Numbered from the stretch's first letter, positions 37,451-51,837 are shown. The stretch: 64,000 bases of DNA from Camelus ferus (GCF_009834535.1 NC_045697.1:61568001-61632000), one strand, 5' to 3'. Notes: generated by a model not told the origin, from the letters alone. Translations and numbers: made by a program.

Positions 37451-40400
37451 CTTTAAAAACAAAACAAAACAAAAAACTATTCTGTTTCATCCACTTATCT
37501 TCTTAAAGTACATCATAGTGATGGGTTTATGAAAAGTCTAATCCTCATAGTTACAATTATACTTTAGAGGCTATTAGGGACTCTGAGATGTGGTAATTTT
37601 TAAACTTACTGAGACATGAATTTGAGTATCAAGTCACTTAGAGATTGAGTCTGACTTAACCTATGATTCGTAATACTGCATTGCCAATCTCTACCTATCA
37701 ATGCAAATGCAATAGCCCTTATGAAATAGTCATTAAATAAATATTCATTACGTGTCTTCTATTTTCCAGGTACTGTTCTAGGTCTCAAGTAATTTATGCT
37801 ACATCATGTATAAAAAGTTCACAAAAATAGTCATTAAACATTTGTTGATGTAGTCTTAGTAAATGTCAAGTGTTTACTAAGAATATTTCTCCTTCCTTGT
37901 CTTACTATGAAATTATAGATACAGTCAGAAAGAAAAATAAAGGCCTTTAAATAAACTGTCTTTAAATAAACTTATTAAAATGTCAGCCATTACCTAGGCA
38001 CACTGGGCCCTTTATTTCTCCAGAACCAGAAAGGCTCAAATATTCTGGGATATTCGCTTTTCCTTTTCTTCCCTTTCCCATCTTTAGGGACTCCTGTTAA
38101 ACGTTCTTTCAAATAAAACATTTCTATTCATATGCAAATAAACCAAAACTCATTCCCTAAGACTTTGCAACTTTCCATCTCTTTTTATATACAATAGCTA
38201 TTAAAATTATCACACCTTATCAACTAGTGCCTTCATTGAACTCAAAAAGGTATACTGAAAATACGTTTATCACTATTACAATTCAAAAGTTTACATGAGT
38301 AAACTGAGGGTGAATCGAGGGTGAAGAACATAAAGAGGGAGGAACTGTGTGAAAATCCAAAATAGGCCTATTTATCCACAAATAATGCTGGTTTAGAATG
38401 TGGTAAGTTCATTTCCCCTTTTCCATGCCTAAAATGAGTGTTCTATTTATGAAAATTAATCAAAATGTCTCAGATACTAATTTTAAATACAGGAAAATAA
38501 TCCTATAGTTTAAATTTCTTTATGCTATGAATAAAATCAGTAAAAATGTGCAATTTTTAGGCATAACCTACTGATATTCTTAAGAAAATACTTCTAAAAA
38601 ATTGACATATTAACAATAGATTTAGATAAATTATCCCGATAACTTACCCTACTTGCATCTAGACTCCATCCCTAGTACAGGAACTAATATCCTCATTCTT
38701 AACAGTCTTTGGAATATGTAAAATTATGATAAATACTTATAGCACCAGAAACAAATGGTCATTGGGGAAAAATATTTTAAATGGTTCACTGATCCAATTA
38801 GTCATCGTGAGAAAGAGTAATAAGTTGAACATTACTTATTTTACACTTTAATATTATTGTCATTATGTATCACCTATGGAATATGTACCATGATATAATA
38901 GGTATATAATACTGTAGAATAGGTGTACACACCCTTCACTGTTTTCCTATGATTATCACCCAGATCTAAGTTGGTTTGGGTTTCAAAAACATCTTCTTGG
39001 TTCTCATAATTCCTAAGAACACTATTTCATGGTTTGGCCAAGATAGGAAATTACATTTTTAATTCCTAGCCATGCTTCTTGTAGTCCATCCAAACAAGGT
39101 TATTTGCTATTTCCTATTATTTCATGGTTTTATGATAAAAGCAAGACTTAGGGAATCAGAATATCCAACTCAAGTCTTGCCTCATCCTCTTCTTGTTCTG
39201 TACTTTGGTCAAATTATAGCTATTCCAAATCTTATTTTCTGATCCAAAAATGAGAATAATGGCTCCTTCACATTTTAGTGTAGTAGGATTACAAACTGAA
39301 CTCATATAACTCAGATTCACAGAGAAAATGCAACTTCTTTACTTCTGTCTACCACAAATGTAGTCTTTCTCCTAAACCTGAACCTATTGTAACGTGGAAA
39401 ATAAGTAACTGTTACAGATTTTCTTTGGATTAAATTCAGACTCTCAGGAAAAAGTGCTAGGTCTCTCAGATGCCTCAGTCTTCCATGCCCCTTCTCAGGT
39501 CCTTTTCACGGTAGCTTCTGAGTATATGGAAAGAGAGATACGGCTTAAGCAACTTCATGTTAGAGACTGACTCAGAATTGTTAGGCTTTCCTAGTCTCCA
39601 GGACCTTAGTTCACCTGATGGCACCCAATACTGATACAGCTCATAATCTGGTCTTGAACTAGTAGAGCTTGGTGGTACACTCTGGCTAATTAAACCTCAT
39701 CTCTGACCCTCCCAGTACTTTAAACTCCTCTGAGATCTTACTATGACTCGTATGAACTTGGTTCCCTGGTTAGAAAAACCTACAAATGAGTCACTTTGCC
39801 CCTGCTACAATTTTCCCTCTGGAAACTTACCAGGAAGCACCTTGGCAACATCTTGTTTGGTATATGGCATTCGAGAACCCAGGGCATCACAATTGGCTAT
39901 GTAGCAGATTAGTACAGGATAGTCTGCAAGGAATGCTCTTTCCCAAGATCTCAATGAGGACCATTGGAAAAAGCCCCATTCACCCCTAATCAGTGCTATT
40001 TTACTTACTAAAACATGTCTGCCTTCCCTTTTCTCTTTCTTCAGATGCCCACCAAATTAGCATGAAAGATTTTATTTTTCTTCCTCCATATCAAATGTTT
40101 CATCCTCTATAAGAGTAAATCTTATAGTCTGGCTACTCTAGGAGAAAGATCATCTTCACTACCTTATGGAAAAAACTTGATTTAAATCCTTCTAGTTCTT
40201 GAGGTGTTCAATGGGTGATAAATGAATCTGGAAATTCCAATTGTTTTCAAAAGATACTGCCTTTGCTGCAAAATCATTTTTTTGCACATTCAAAGTTAAA
40301 ACTTGCCTCGGTTCTCCACTTTTCATTTCATGACAACAAGTCTCACTCCAGGTATCTGAAACCCCACCTAAGCCAGAACTGAGGTCATGTGTTTAAAAAC

Positions 40401-41880
40401 ACAAAAAGGAAATGAACATTCAGAATTACCCAAATACACCTTATTTCTATCTTCATAGACTTGTCATCAAGTTTCTGCTAGTTAAAATGGATTTCTATTT
40501 CTGCATTTTAATATTCCAAACTCCTTTCAGGATCCTTCCCAAATATTAGCTCTTTCAAAATCCTTATAAGTAGAGGCAATCTCTATTATTGTCAATATCT
40601 CTTCACATTTTTTTTCTGTTTTGATTTTATGGTATTTATCACTCTCTCTCTTAAATTATTATAACAGTTACATTTGTATTTTTCTCTCTTGCTAGATTCT
40701 ATGTTCCTTATAGGTACAAGCTATATATTGGAAACAGTCTGACATAACTGGAAGACATGTCTAGCTCCTTTAGGATATTGGGCAAGTCAGTTAAAAATTC
40801 TGTATACACAAGGTCATTTTATCTGTAAATTAATAATAATAATAGTATTGTAGCCTTGCATAATTACTGTAAAAATATCAATATTACATGTGAAAAGTTC
40901 CCTGCACAGTGTCAATTTGTGCTCAACAAACAATAATGCAATTAATTAATTAGAATGTAGCATTCTTTTTAGAATAGCCCACTCCACAGAGCAGATACTC
41001 AATTTTTGTTCTGTTAATATCCAGGAATGATTCTAAACTTTGAAGAAAACCTTCTGATATTGAGAATGCAATATAAGGAACCATGATGAGTGATAAAATT
41101 AATATCATTATTTATATTAAAAACAATTTAATTTGAAGAATCCAATGAACAGCAACTAAAAAATATATATATACCTTTATATGGGACTTCATAAGTATGC
41201 ACTTTCTTTCTTGTTTCTAAAGTCCAATTATTACTGCCGGCAAGGCGGCAAAAATGAAATCTTACCCTGTATACTACTTTCCACAGAACTTTTGTCAATG
41301 CAGTATTATTAGGAGAAGTAGTTCAGATTTAAAAATCTGAAGTTCAGAGGGGTTGGGGCACTTGCCCAAGGTCAGTTAACTGACTAGTCAGTAATGTGAA
41401 CAGGTTAAGAATCAACTCCTCCCAATTTCCTGCCTCATTTCTTCTCTCATCAATCAGCAACAACAAACCTGAGAAGCTAATATTTTGCTAATGAGAATGC
41501 CATTCTGTTTTAGTTAGACTTTTTGAAAACATGTTTTTCTATTTCTGTCACTTATTAGTAATAACGATAACAGCAACATTGCCTATTTATGATGCAGGTC
41601 TTACTAGAAATAAATTTCCTGCTGTTCTGGGAATCTGGCTGTATGCCTAAACTATCAATAACTGTTGATCCACCAATCCATTTGTTACCCTCACAAGAGA
41701 GATTAAGCTCTTGTCATCTGACAACATATCTTGGCATCAAGAATACCTAGATTTTAGTCACTAAGGCCTATTCACTCTTTAATGCCTCAAGCCAGTCATC
41801 TACTTCTCTTCTCCTGCCCAAAGGTTTACTTCTGCAAAATTACACAAGGCTAATAGTTGCATTACTATTATACTGTACCA

Positions 41881-42175
41881 AAAAGAAGAAAAAAAAAAAA
41901 AAAGGAAGGAAAGAAAGAAAGAAACAATCAAAGAAACAAAGAAACAAAGAAATAAAGAAGGAAGGAAAGAAGAAGGAAAGGAAAAGAAAGGAAGAAAAAA
42001 ATATTTGAAATACCATTCAGAGGTGATTGAATGCCTTGCTGGAGAGCTGGAGATGGTGTTTTCTCTTTCGCTTTCTCCTTTTTCTCTCTCTGCTTCCCTC
42101 CCTTTCTCCTTCCCTTCATTCTTTCCTCCTGTCCCTTCCTTCCTTCTTTCTTTTCTTTCTGATTTCTCTCTCTTC
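41881..42175. repeat. GA-rich purine tract followed by a TC-rich pyrimidine tract (low complexity)
   Basis: 41881-42000 is almost entirely A/G; 42059-42175 is almost entirely C/T. Confidence 0.9.
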
Positions 42176-43041
42176 ACAAATGTGCAGCATTGTGAGCAAA
42201 CACCAACCATTACAACAACAGGATCAAAACAACCACAGAGCTTCACGATGAGACCAATCAATTATTTTACATTTAGATTTTTTAGCTTATAAATTTTTTT
42301 CTTTTCTTTCTTTCTGCTTTCTTTCTTTCCTTTTCTCTTTTTTTTCAAATTAAGTATGGAAAACATAAAAGATTTGAAAAACAATAACCTAAACCCTAAA
42401 CATATAATGCATTAAAATACGGTAAAATTGTGCCCACTTAGTCTTAAAGATTGCCTTCTAGACAAATTGTTTGCAATACAGCAACTAGAGAGAAGTCAGT
42501 CCACCAAAAGCAAATTCTGACTCTTTATGTGCCATTGGGAGTAGTCTCTCACAAAAGAGGGTGCTTGTTATAGTCTACTCATTTTGTAAAATTTTACTTG
42601 TCTGGACATATAGTTTCCAGAGAAAAAATATCTTACTCTAAAATATAGTAGTAACCAAACAAAGATTTATGCATTAGTCAGAAAAGTGATTAAAATAAGC
42701 TGATCACTCTTTGATCCTTTTTTTTTTTTTCCCTGATCATTTAAAATAGAGCTTAGATGATGTTCAGTAGATTTGCTCTAGGTTAGAGAAGCTTCTTAAA
42801 GGGCACTGCTTTTCTGGCTTCTCCAGAGAAAACCATTGACTTATGCTGTGCAATAAAAGTAATCAGTCTTAGCTCAATATATTCACAAAAGAAAACTCAA
42901 GTTTTTGAGAAAAAGAAATGTATCTACAATCATCCAGAGTTAGGATTTACATGACATTCTACTGACATAGACTCTTCAATACAACTTTGAGACCTCGCTG
43001 CTAATATTTATTAGCATCTAAATCTACCCATTCAGTGACCA

Positions 43042-43970
43042 CATGTGACCCTTAAACAACATAGGATTAGGGGCATCAACTTCCCTGCCCTCGTGGTCAA
43101 AAATTTGAGTATAACTTTTGATTTCCCCAAACCTTTAAGTCCTAGTAGACTACTGTTCACCAAAATCCTTACCAATCACATAAATGGTCAATTAACAACA
43201 TACCTTGTATGTGTTAACACATTCTTTGCATTATATAAGTGCATTGTTACAGTACTGTAAGCTAGAGAAAAAACATATTATTGCAAAATCATAAGGCAGA
43301 AAAAATACATTTATAGTAGTATGCTGTATTTATCAATAATCTAAGTTTACATGCTCTGTTTACAAGATGAATTTTCTGTCAGTACCTACATCAATGTTGC
43401 CTTATATAATGCAAAATACTGTAATACATATTACTAATACTAGACATCAAAAATGAAAAGTCAATTTGAAAAATAAATTTATATTTATTTACAGGTATAA
43501 CGATTCATGCATTGACAACAAAGTAGCAATCTGATTGCTTTACAGTAGCCTAGTGTAATCAGTACGATAGCTTCATAGTTGCCTAGCCTGTACACTAATG
43601 GATTGTTATAAAATTTTTATGGAATACCATGTCATATTCATACTACAGTATTAGAAATACTGTTACTTAAAAAAAAACCCACATACTTTTGATGATAGAA
43701 CAGTAAGAAAATTAATGCATTATTAATTTAATAATATCACACATCTTATGCTTATGTAAAGGTAGACTAGTATCTAGGTATATTTTATGCATTCATGACA
43801 TACCTAATTTTTTCTTAATTTTGTTGTTATTTCTAGGCTACATGGTTTGTCTGAAAGTTTTTTTCAAATTGTTTCTAATCTCCAAAATTTTTTCCAGTGT
43901 AATTATTGAAAATAATTCACATGTAAGTAGACCTATGCAGTTCAAACCCATGTTGTTCAAGGGTCAACTG
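43042..43970 (-). mobile_element. Tigger2-family non-autonomous DNA transposon
   Basis: Inverted termini 'catgtgacccttaaacaac' and 'gttgttcaagggtcaactg' followed by TA; the minus strand begins cagttgacccttgaacaacatgggtttgaactgc. Confidence 0.85.
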
Positions 43971-44109
43971 TATTTACTGACCATCTTGTATGCCAGGCAC
44001 TATGCTGATTCTTAATCACAACAGATAAGATCCCTTGTCTGTTACATATACACATGCAGGCACATACATACCCCTATACATACACAAAAACTCCTCTGAG
44101 AATCTAGCA

Positions 44110-45070
44110 CTATAATGTTGTATAACAAAACAACAGAAAACTCAGTGGCTTAAAATAACTATTTATTATTGCTCATGAGTCTTTGGGTGAACTGGGTGAT
44201 TCTGGGGTTTTAAATGGGTTCACTCATGCATCTGTAGTCAACTGTGTGTCAACTAGTCGGTCTTGACTGGGTTCACTCATATCTGGGGATCAGCTGACTG
44301 AAGTCTAGCCTGGCATAGGAGGGATGATGAGTGGTGTAACTCTGTTCCATATATCTCATCCTCCAGAAATATAGCTGAAGGATTTGATAGAGGTAGCAAG
44401 CCCCAAATGCAAGTGCTTTTCATGCCTTTGCATGTTCAGTTGTTTACAAAGAAGGCCACAATGATTCTTCCCTTCGCTTTACACAATGCCTTTTTGCAAT
44501 GTGTTTATTTACTTAACTCTTGAATCTGGGATGGTCTTGTGACGTGCTTTGACTGTCAGAATGTGTCAATGTGACGTTGCTCAACTTCTGAGCCTAGGCT
44601 CCAAGAGGCTTTGCAGCTTCTATTTTTTCCTGCTTGGAAAGTCAGGTTACCATGTGAAGAAACTCTCTATACAGCTTACTGGAGGATGGTAAGACGACAT
44701 GGTACAGAGATCAGTCACCTCAGGTGAGAACTCGTAAGTAAGCCAGCCCCTAAATCAAGCCACCAGATGAATGCATCTGAGCAAGCCACCACAGAAAAGA
44801 CCAGCAGAAAACCACCCAGCTCAGCCAACCCCATATTGCTGACCCACAGAAATAAAATGATTTTTGTTTCAAGACATTATGTTTGGGGGTGGTTTTTAGT
44901 ACAGCAATAGATACCTGGGACACTGTATTTGCATCATGTTTGGTAATACTATCTCATTGGTGAAATAAAATCACATGGCTATTTCCAGAGTCAAGAAGTA
45001 AGGCAGAATGTCCTGTCCACAATGGGAAGAGTGAAAAATTAAGGGCATCAATGCAACTGATCAAACCTAC
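44110..45070 (-). mobile_element. MaLR LTR (MLT1G/H-like) interrupted by a plus-strand MLT1
   Basis: 'tgtataacaaacaacagaaaactcagtggcttaaaataac'; resumes after 44922 with 'tctcattggtgaaataaaatcacatggc'. Confidence 0.6.
44439..44922 (+). mobile_element. MaLR LTR (MLT1F/G-like)
   Basis: 'ttgaatctgggatggtcttgtgacgtgctttgac...tttgggggtggtttttagtacagcaatagatacctgggaca'. Confidence 0.75.
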
Positions 45071-46473
45071 GTACACTACAATATAAGAAAACTAATGATG
45101 AGAAGCTTAAATGATTTGCTCATTACCCATTTAGTAACAAAAAGTGCTAATCCCAGCTCATTCAAGTATAGAGCCTGTGCTCCCTCTTGTCTACCACCAA
45201 AGCAGATCTGTGATGGTATATGGGAGTTTGGCTTCTTGAGGCTGGGACCCCTGACTTCTGTTAAGACCTATGCTGTAACTTAATTTTACATTTCTCCTCT
45301 TTTCCATAGTTGAGACGAAGTAAGTACCTGAAAGCTCAGAGTATTCAGATCCTGAGACCAAAGATGAACGAAAATGGGTGCTCTCTAAGGACCTTCACAC
45401 CAACAGCATTTTTAACTAAGCATGATGTTGCCCTTGTTATTAATGAGACCCCAACAAAGTTCTGTATTTCTGCTGAATGGGCTCTGCCCTTATTCTAAGG
45501 TCTGATTTCTCACATTAGGTGCCTCAATTCTTCTAAATACAGTTCTATTCTGAAATTCTACTTCTGGTAATTGGTCTATTTCTTCATTGTTCTCTTTGCT
45601 TTCTTTAGTCCCAGTCAGATACTGGACATATTTTCCTCATTCAAATAACTATGACTCAAGCCCTACTGCCATTTTCAGACATTTTTGGACTGCCTGCCTA
45701 GACTTCCAAGAATTACTCAAACCTCCATCATCTCATTCTTCACACTGGATAGGATGCCCTAATATTTAATTTTTCAACCCTCTTGCTAATTTTTTCTTAT
45801 AGTTCTACTAAATCCTAAGACAGAATATTTTATTTATCTTTTATGCTCCCCTGCAGGACTTTGCAGTGTTTTGAATCTAGCCAGTGTTTCATTAATCTGT
45901 GTTGAATATATGACATAAGTAAATGTTTAAGTAAATGTAAGTTATTATTTGGAGAAGCAGCTTCATATTGTTGCTTGTTAGAGTAGTAACTCCTGCCATT
46001 ATCTCTTCCCTGATACTATTTTTACACCAATAGTTTGGCAAAAAGATTAACCACTGGGGACTCTAATTTAATAATCATAGAAACAGCTTCCATTACCTCC
46101 TGATGTGTCTACAGTTATCTATGGACTGTCTGAAGTTACTAGGTACCATGGTGATCTGTATTTCTATGGAGGCTAAGTGGAGAAATGGATATCTGATTCA
46201 GTTGTGTCGGGAACATGACATTGGATAAAAAGCTGAAAATACTGCATTGTACACAGCACACTGATTTCTCTCTCAACTACTTTCATAAGAAAGTACAGTT
46301 CTTCTTGGCCTTTGGTGCACATGAAACTGGTGAAAAAAATCAGAACGACAGATGTCTAAAGTCCTTTAATAAACAGAAATCAGTGTAGTTTTGATTCTCT
46401 CTTATCTTTTCTAATGTTATTCATATTCCATTTGCAAAAAAATATATACCCAGTGACCACTGTAGAATAAATC

Positions 46474-46922
46474 CGTGATGGTTAATTTTATGTGTCAACT
46501 TCACTATGCTGTGAGGTGCTCATGTTTTTCGTTAGCTATTATTCTGGGTGTGTCTGTGAGAGTGTTTTTGGATGAGATTAACATTTGAACCCATAGACTG
46601 AGTAAAGCATATTGCCCTCATCAACATGGTCTAATTCAATCCACTGAAGGCCTGAATAGAATAAAAGGCTTGGTAAGAAAGAATTTTTTTCTCTCTGCCT
46701 GACTGTCTTCCAGCAGAAACATTGGGCTTTTTTCTGCTTTAGAGCTTGGACTCGGACTGGAACTTACGCTGTCAGCTCTCCTGGTTCTCAGACCTTAAAA
46801 CTCAGACTGGAACTATTCCATCAATTCTCCTGGGTCTGGACTTCTCAAGCTCCATAATCGTGTGAGTCAATTCCTTATGATAAATATTAGTTCATTTATC
46901 TGAAAAAACCCGGACTAATACA
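46474..46922 (+). mobile_element. MLT2-family ERVL solo LTR
   Basis: 'gtgatggttaattttatgtgtcaactt...ggatgagattaacatttgaa...gactaataca'; TSD aaatc/aagtc. Confidence 0.9.
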
Positions 46923-49201
46923 AAGTCCTTCCTCCCAGGAATGTAAACAGAAACATAGAACAAGCCAAGCACTCAGTGACGATTTCAGATCCCAGCAAGA
47001 TGAGAAGTAATAATCCTTTATTATCATCATTTAACCCTCAATCATTTTGAAGCATCTGCCTTCTGAAATCATAAACTATTCAGAAAACATTAAAAGAAAC
47101 AAGGTTTTTAGCCCAAAAGACCAAGGAAAGATGAAATCCATATTTTCCTATGTATGTTAGCAAGTTTTTAACAAGTAATTAAAATGAATAATATGTATCC
47201 TTAAAGGTCTGATGGTTGTCATGGTACTCAGCAAAGACATATTTATCATTTTCCAGTGCTCATGCAGCATTAATAAAAAAGGGATACCACAACTCCCCAT
47301 GCTGTGCCAGAGCAAGATTTTGCTTTTATATTATATCCACAATCAGCAGATAGAATGGAGACTAGAAAAGATGAAAAACTAGCACCCTCTTTCCTCCACC
47401 CTCCTCCTTTTTCCACTCAAGAGATACTTGACAGTATTTTATGTAATTTTGTATGTGTGTGTATGCTTTTAGGTTTAAGAATTCATTAAAGAAATGCATC
47501 AATAGGGGAAACTTAGTCAAAGCAATATAATAATACACAAGAATGTTCCAAAAATCACACACTTGGACAATGGAAAAGATAAAAAAAAAATTCAATGGTA
47601 GGAAATTTGATAAGAACAAAGACTTTGATGGAAAGATTTTACCTATTTCACTACTATGAGTTCAGGAAAAGTAGTTCATGCAATGACTGTCATAACGATC
47701 ATTATAGGTCTAATATGTAAATGTCATATTGCTAAGAATAACAGAATTGTTGATAATTTAAAATAGGAAGAACTCCAGTATGAAAACATACTCTGAATAA
47801 TGACATTTTCATATTTTTCTCTGAGCCACTGGTCCAACATATTTTTATAAAAAGTTGGTCAAGGGAATATTTCTCAGTACCTAAAAATCACCATACTCCA
47901 AAGAAAACTAGTTCTTGAAAATGCAACAAAGAGAAAAATAAGAGAGAGCACCAGAAAAAGAAAGGTCGAGAAAGAAGAAAAAGAACAGAAAAAAGAGAGA
48001 GAGAGAGAGAGAAGAAAAGAAAGAAAAAAAGAAGAGCTGAAAACATTAGGTAAACACATTGCCTATTATTAGTGTTAATTTGTTTAAAGTATCAGAAGTT
48101 TTAATAATTAAGTTGTTTCATCCAGAGGAAAGCTATTGATTAAAATAAATGTTTATTGCTCAGGGATTGTTAAGAAGGTGACTGAGGTCAGACACAAAGG
48201 ATTTTTTTATAATTATTGAGACTCAAGCTTGTGTCTTATCTTTTAGACTTAATGCACAGCCTAGTACAAGCTCTCACAGGAAACAGAAGCACAGACCCAG
48301 CAAGACTTACCATTCTGATATACAGTGTTAGACTAATATAAATTGATAATACACTAGCTCACTGCTGCAGAGAAAAATCTATAGCTACTAATGGGTTTTG
48401 CTCTTGGGGTTGAAAGTCACAAAAATATTACATTCCTGTCCTCAGATATTAGTTAATTTTCCTTTAGTGACTACTTTGGGAAATAAAGGACCACAGAAGG
48501 CTAAAAGGTTCCCATAAATTTCAACTACAATATGTTTAAAGAAAATAAAGTGGACTTTTATGTCAGGGGTGTGGTTTCTTATATGAAAGCTTTGGTAACA
48601 ACTAATGATTATCATTCTAGTCATCTATACTTCCCCTAATGGTTACCCATGACAATATAGTTTATTCTGCAAGAAAATCCTGAATGATCAAAGCATATGC
48701 AATCATGCGTTATGCTTGTGGAAATATATTTACTCCTGTTTATGGTTTTGGAAAAATACAGTCTCAATCTGTCATTAGGAAAAATTTCATTCAAGCACTT
48801 AATATAGAATAAAATAAAATATTTGTGTAAAAGACATGAGACAACTACCCTCAACTGAAATAAACTTTCTGCTATTTAGTATGGTTTAATTGTAGAAACA
48901 AGTGTTCTAACTGACAAATAGAACTAATCTGAAAACCATTAACTTTTTGTCCCTGAAGGGAAGGAAATTTAGCAAGTGTCTTAAACCATCTACTGAGGTT
49001 TCCACACCTGTTAACCAAGAAAATAAAAGGTACTTTCCTCAAAGAGAAAATTTTTGCTTGGTATTTGATTAGTATTTTTAGAAGCACAAAATAAGTTGTA
49101 AGCACTGTGAAATCTGAAGTGAAAAACTTAACACAATTCCAATAGAATATAATCTAAGGTAACTAACAATGTTTATCAGTCTTGTGCATAAGAATTAGAA
49201 G

Positions 49202-49221
49202 TTTGGAGTCAGAAGTTTGTT

Positions 49222-49253
<32 letters not shown>

Positions 49254-49264
49254 GGAGTCAGAAG
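49202..49264 (-). repeat. (AAAAC)n tract flanked by a 14-bp direct repeat
   Basis: tttggagtcagaag at 49202-49215 and 49251-49264 encloses (GTTTT)n. Confidence 0.8.
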
Positions 49265-49274
49265 ATTTAAAATT

Positions 49275-50610
49275 GGTAGATTAGTAGACGACCCCAATGC
49301 TTTGCCCCTTCTTGTATCTACATGTTTTGCTATACAACCTTGCAATCTCCTCCCATGGACACGGGAGTAGACATAATTTCCACCGATGGGTTCAGCCATG
49401 TATTGCTTTTGGTTAATGATATATTAACAAATATGATGCAAAGAAAAGATTAAAATGGGTTTATACAATTGGGTTCATTTTCACACTTGCTCTCTAATAC
49501 TGTCATGAAAGGAGATACCTGGTCTAGCCTAATAAAGGATAGGAGACATAAGGAATAAACTGAGGTTTCCCAGTTGCTCCAGATAAGACCATGCTAAATC
49601 ATGTGATAATGAGTTAACACCTAGGCATAATCAGCAGATTTGCTGCAAGCAGTATTCCATCCATATCTTAAAAATGGTCTCTGTAATACTTCTGGTGGGA
49701 CCCTACCACTACATTGTGAGTAAGCTAAGTTCATAATATGGGAGGACCATGTGAAGATATTACACTTGGTAGATCCAGCTAAGATCCTGACTTGCATCTA
49801 TCACCAGACATATTAGTGAACAAACCTTCATATAATTATAGTCCCTGGCCTTAAAGTCCAGGTTTTTTTAAGATATAGTAAGCCACAAAGTTTGAGTGTT
49901 TGGAGGCAGATAATCTGCCTTTTTATTTTATAGTTCTCCAAATCGAGAGGAACCACATCCAAACCTGGATGAGGTTTTGGACCATGTGAGACTGATGCTG
50001 TGACTGCAAGATATTTGAGGGTCTGGGTGGAATAGTGTTGAGCAAATGTTATATATTAAAGGTTGATTAAATAATTGTAACTATAAGTAAAGACCATACT
50101 AACTTAATTAATGGACCCAATTATTTTCTCTCCCTGTATCTACATATTCTCCCATATAACTTTTCAAATCTCCCCAGGGTAGGTGGAAGGGGGATTGATA
50201 TAATTCCCTTCACTTGGGTTTTTTCATGTCTCATGCCTTGGCCAATGAGTTGTTAGCAAACATGATGCAAACAGAAACCTGGAATGGTCTAGTACAACTG
50301 TACTTGCCCTTGCTATAGCCCTCTTCTGTAAACATGAGAAGGACATGTGTAGGCCAGTCTGCAGGAAGATGTAAACATGTGAAGCAAAGCCAAGCAGACT
50401 CAGCCATTCCAGCTGAAGTTTTTCCAAATCATTTAATAGCCTGAAACACCCTGAAAATGAAACTGAATCCCATCAAAATTAGCAAAGCCACCTGCCAACC
50501 ACCTCAGAGGTTAAATTAAATAAATTTAATAAAAGCTTATTGCTAAAGGCCGAGGAAGTTCTAGATTATTGTTACCAGATTTTGTGGCAAAACAATAAAC
50601 TGATTCCACA
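49275..50610 (+). mobile_element. Cluster of old MaLR LTR fragments (MLT1H/I-like)
   Basis: 'agccatgtattgcttttggttaatga', 'ccttggccaatgagttgttagcaaacatgatgcaaacaga' and 'ttgtggcaaaacaataaactgattcca'; internal boundaries uncertain. Confidence 0.6.
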
Positions 50611-51037
50611 CAGCAAATACCAAACAACAGTCTATTAAAAGGTAAAAATGAATGCCACTCTCAGGTTATACTGTACTCCATTGTTACATCAGGAAGACAC
50701 ATAAGGGGTTAATTAACTTTCTACATGACCAAATTCTGCCCATACACTATACTTATTGGGTATGCGTTTGAAAAGCAGAAACTTAATATTCATGGGGAAA
50801 TATATACATGTACACATGTCACAACCGCATCCTACTGAGATACAGAGAAGTGGTGAGCATCTGTACGAAATTGCCCCTTGCACTGTTAGGCGGAGCCACC
50901 CAACAAATTACCTGTAAAATAAAGTTACTGTTAACTAGAACACCAATAGTTTTTGCACATCGGCCTGTGAAATCAAATTTACATCCTTAAAATTTTACTG
51001 TAGGAAAATTCTTATTTAAAAACAAGAGACAAATATT

Positions 51038-51837
51038 GAGGCCAAGATGGTAGAATAGAAGACCCTGAACTCACCTCCTCCCATGGGCACACCAAAATTA
51101 CAACTATATACAGAGCAGCTGTCTTTGAGATAACCTGAAGACTAGCAGAAAAGATTTTACACAACTAAAGATATAAAGAAGGGGTCACACCAAGATGGGT
51201 GGGAGGGCAAAAGACACGATGTAGTCAAGACCTATACCCCCAGGTAGGCGACACACAAATGGGAAGATAATCACAATTACACAGGTTCTCGAGAAGGAGT
51301 GAGAGATTGAATTAACACACTAGGCTCCCCAGCTCAGGGGTCCTGCACCAGGAAGATGAGCTCCCAGAATGTCTGGCTTTGAAGGCTAGCAAGGCTTGCA
51401 TGTGGGAGTTCCAGAGGGCTATATAAAACAGACTCCATTCTTAAAGGGCCTGAGCAAAAACCTCACATACTATGACTCCTAGCACAGAGGCATTAATTTT
51501 AAAGAAGCCTGGTCCAGATCCACTAGCCGATCTTGCAGAGCCTCTGGGAGAGACAGGAGGCAACTGAGTCTCCTCCTGGGGACATAGATACTAGCAGTAA
51601 ACATTTTTGTGAGCTTGCTCTATCATGAGGACACTGGTGCTAAAATTCTCTCTCTAGCCTATTAGCACTAGGGGCTTACCCACCCACCAATGGTCCAGAA
51701 CCAGTCCAGGGACCCCTAGATCCCACAGCCAGCTGCCCCAGGACCTGGCCCTGCCCACCAGTGGACTGGCACCAGCCTTGGGACACATCAGAACATGTGG
51801 TCAGCTGTGCCAGGACATGGCCTCTTCTACCAGTGGC
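51038..51837 (+). mobile_element. L1 5' UTR (laurasiatherian type)
   Basis: Starts 'gaggccaagatggtagaatagaagaccctgaactcacctcctccc'; GC-richer, with 'gcccaccag' repeats. Confidence 0.75.

Noticed and set aside
41800..42292. Overlapping ORFs of 63-153 aa
   Set aside because: They arise from stop-poor GA and TC low-complexity tracts
50808..50990. Slightly CpG-richer stretch with a minus-strand acceptor and a CTCF-like motif
   Set aside because: The frames close quickly, the motif match is poor, and it is not a CpG island
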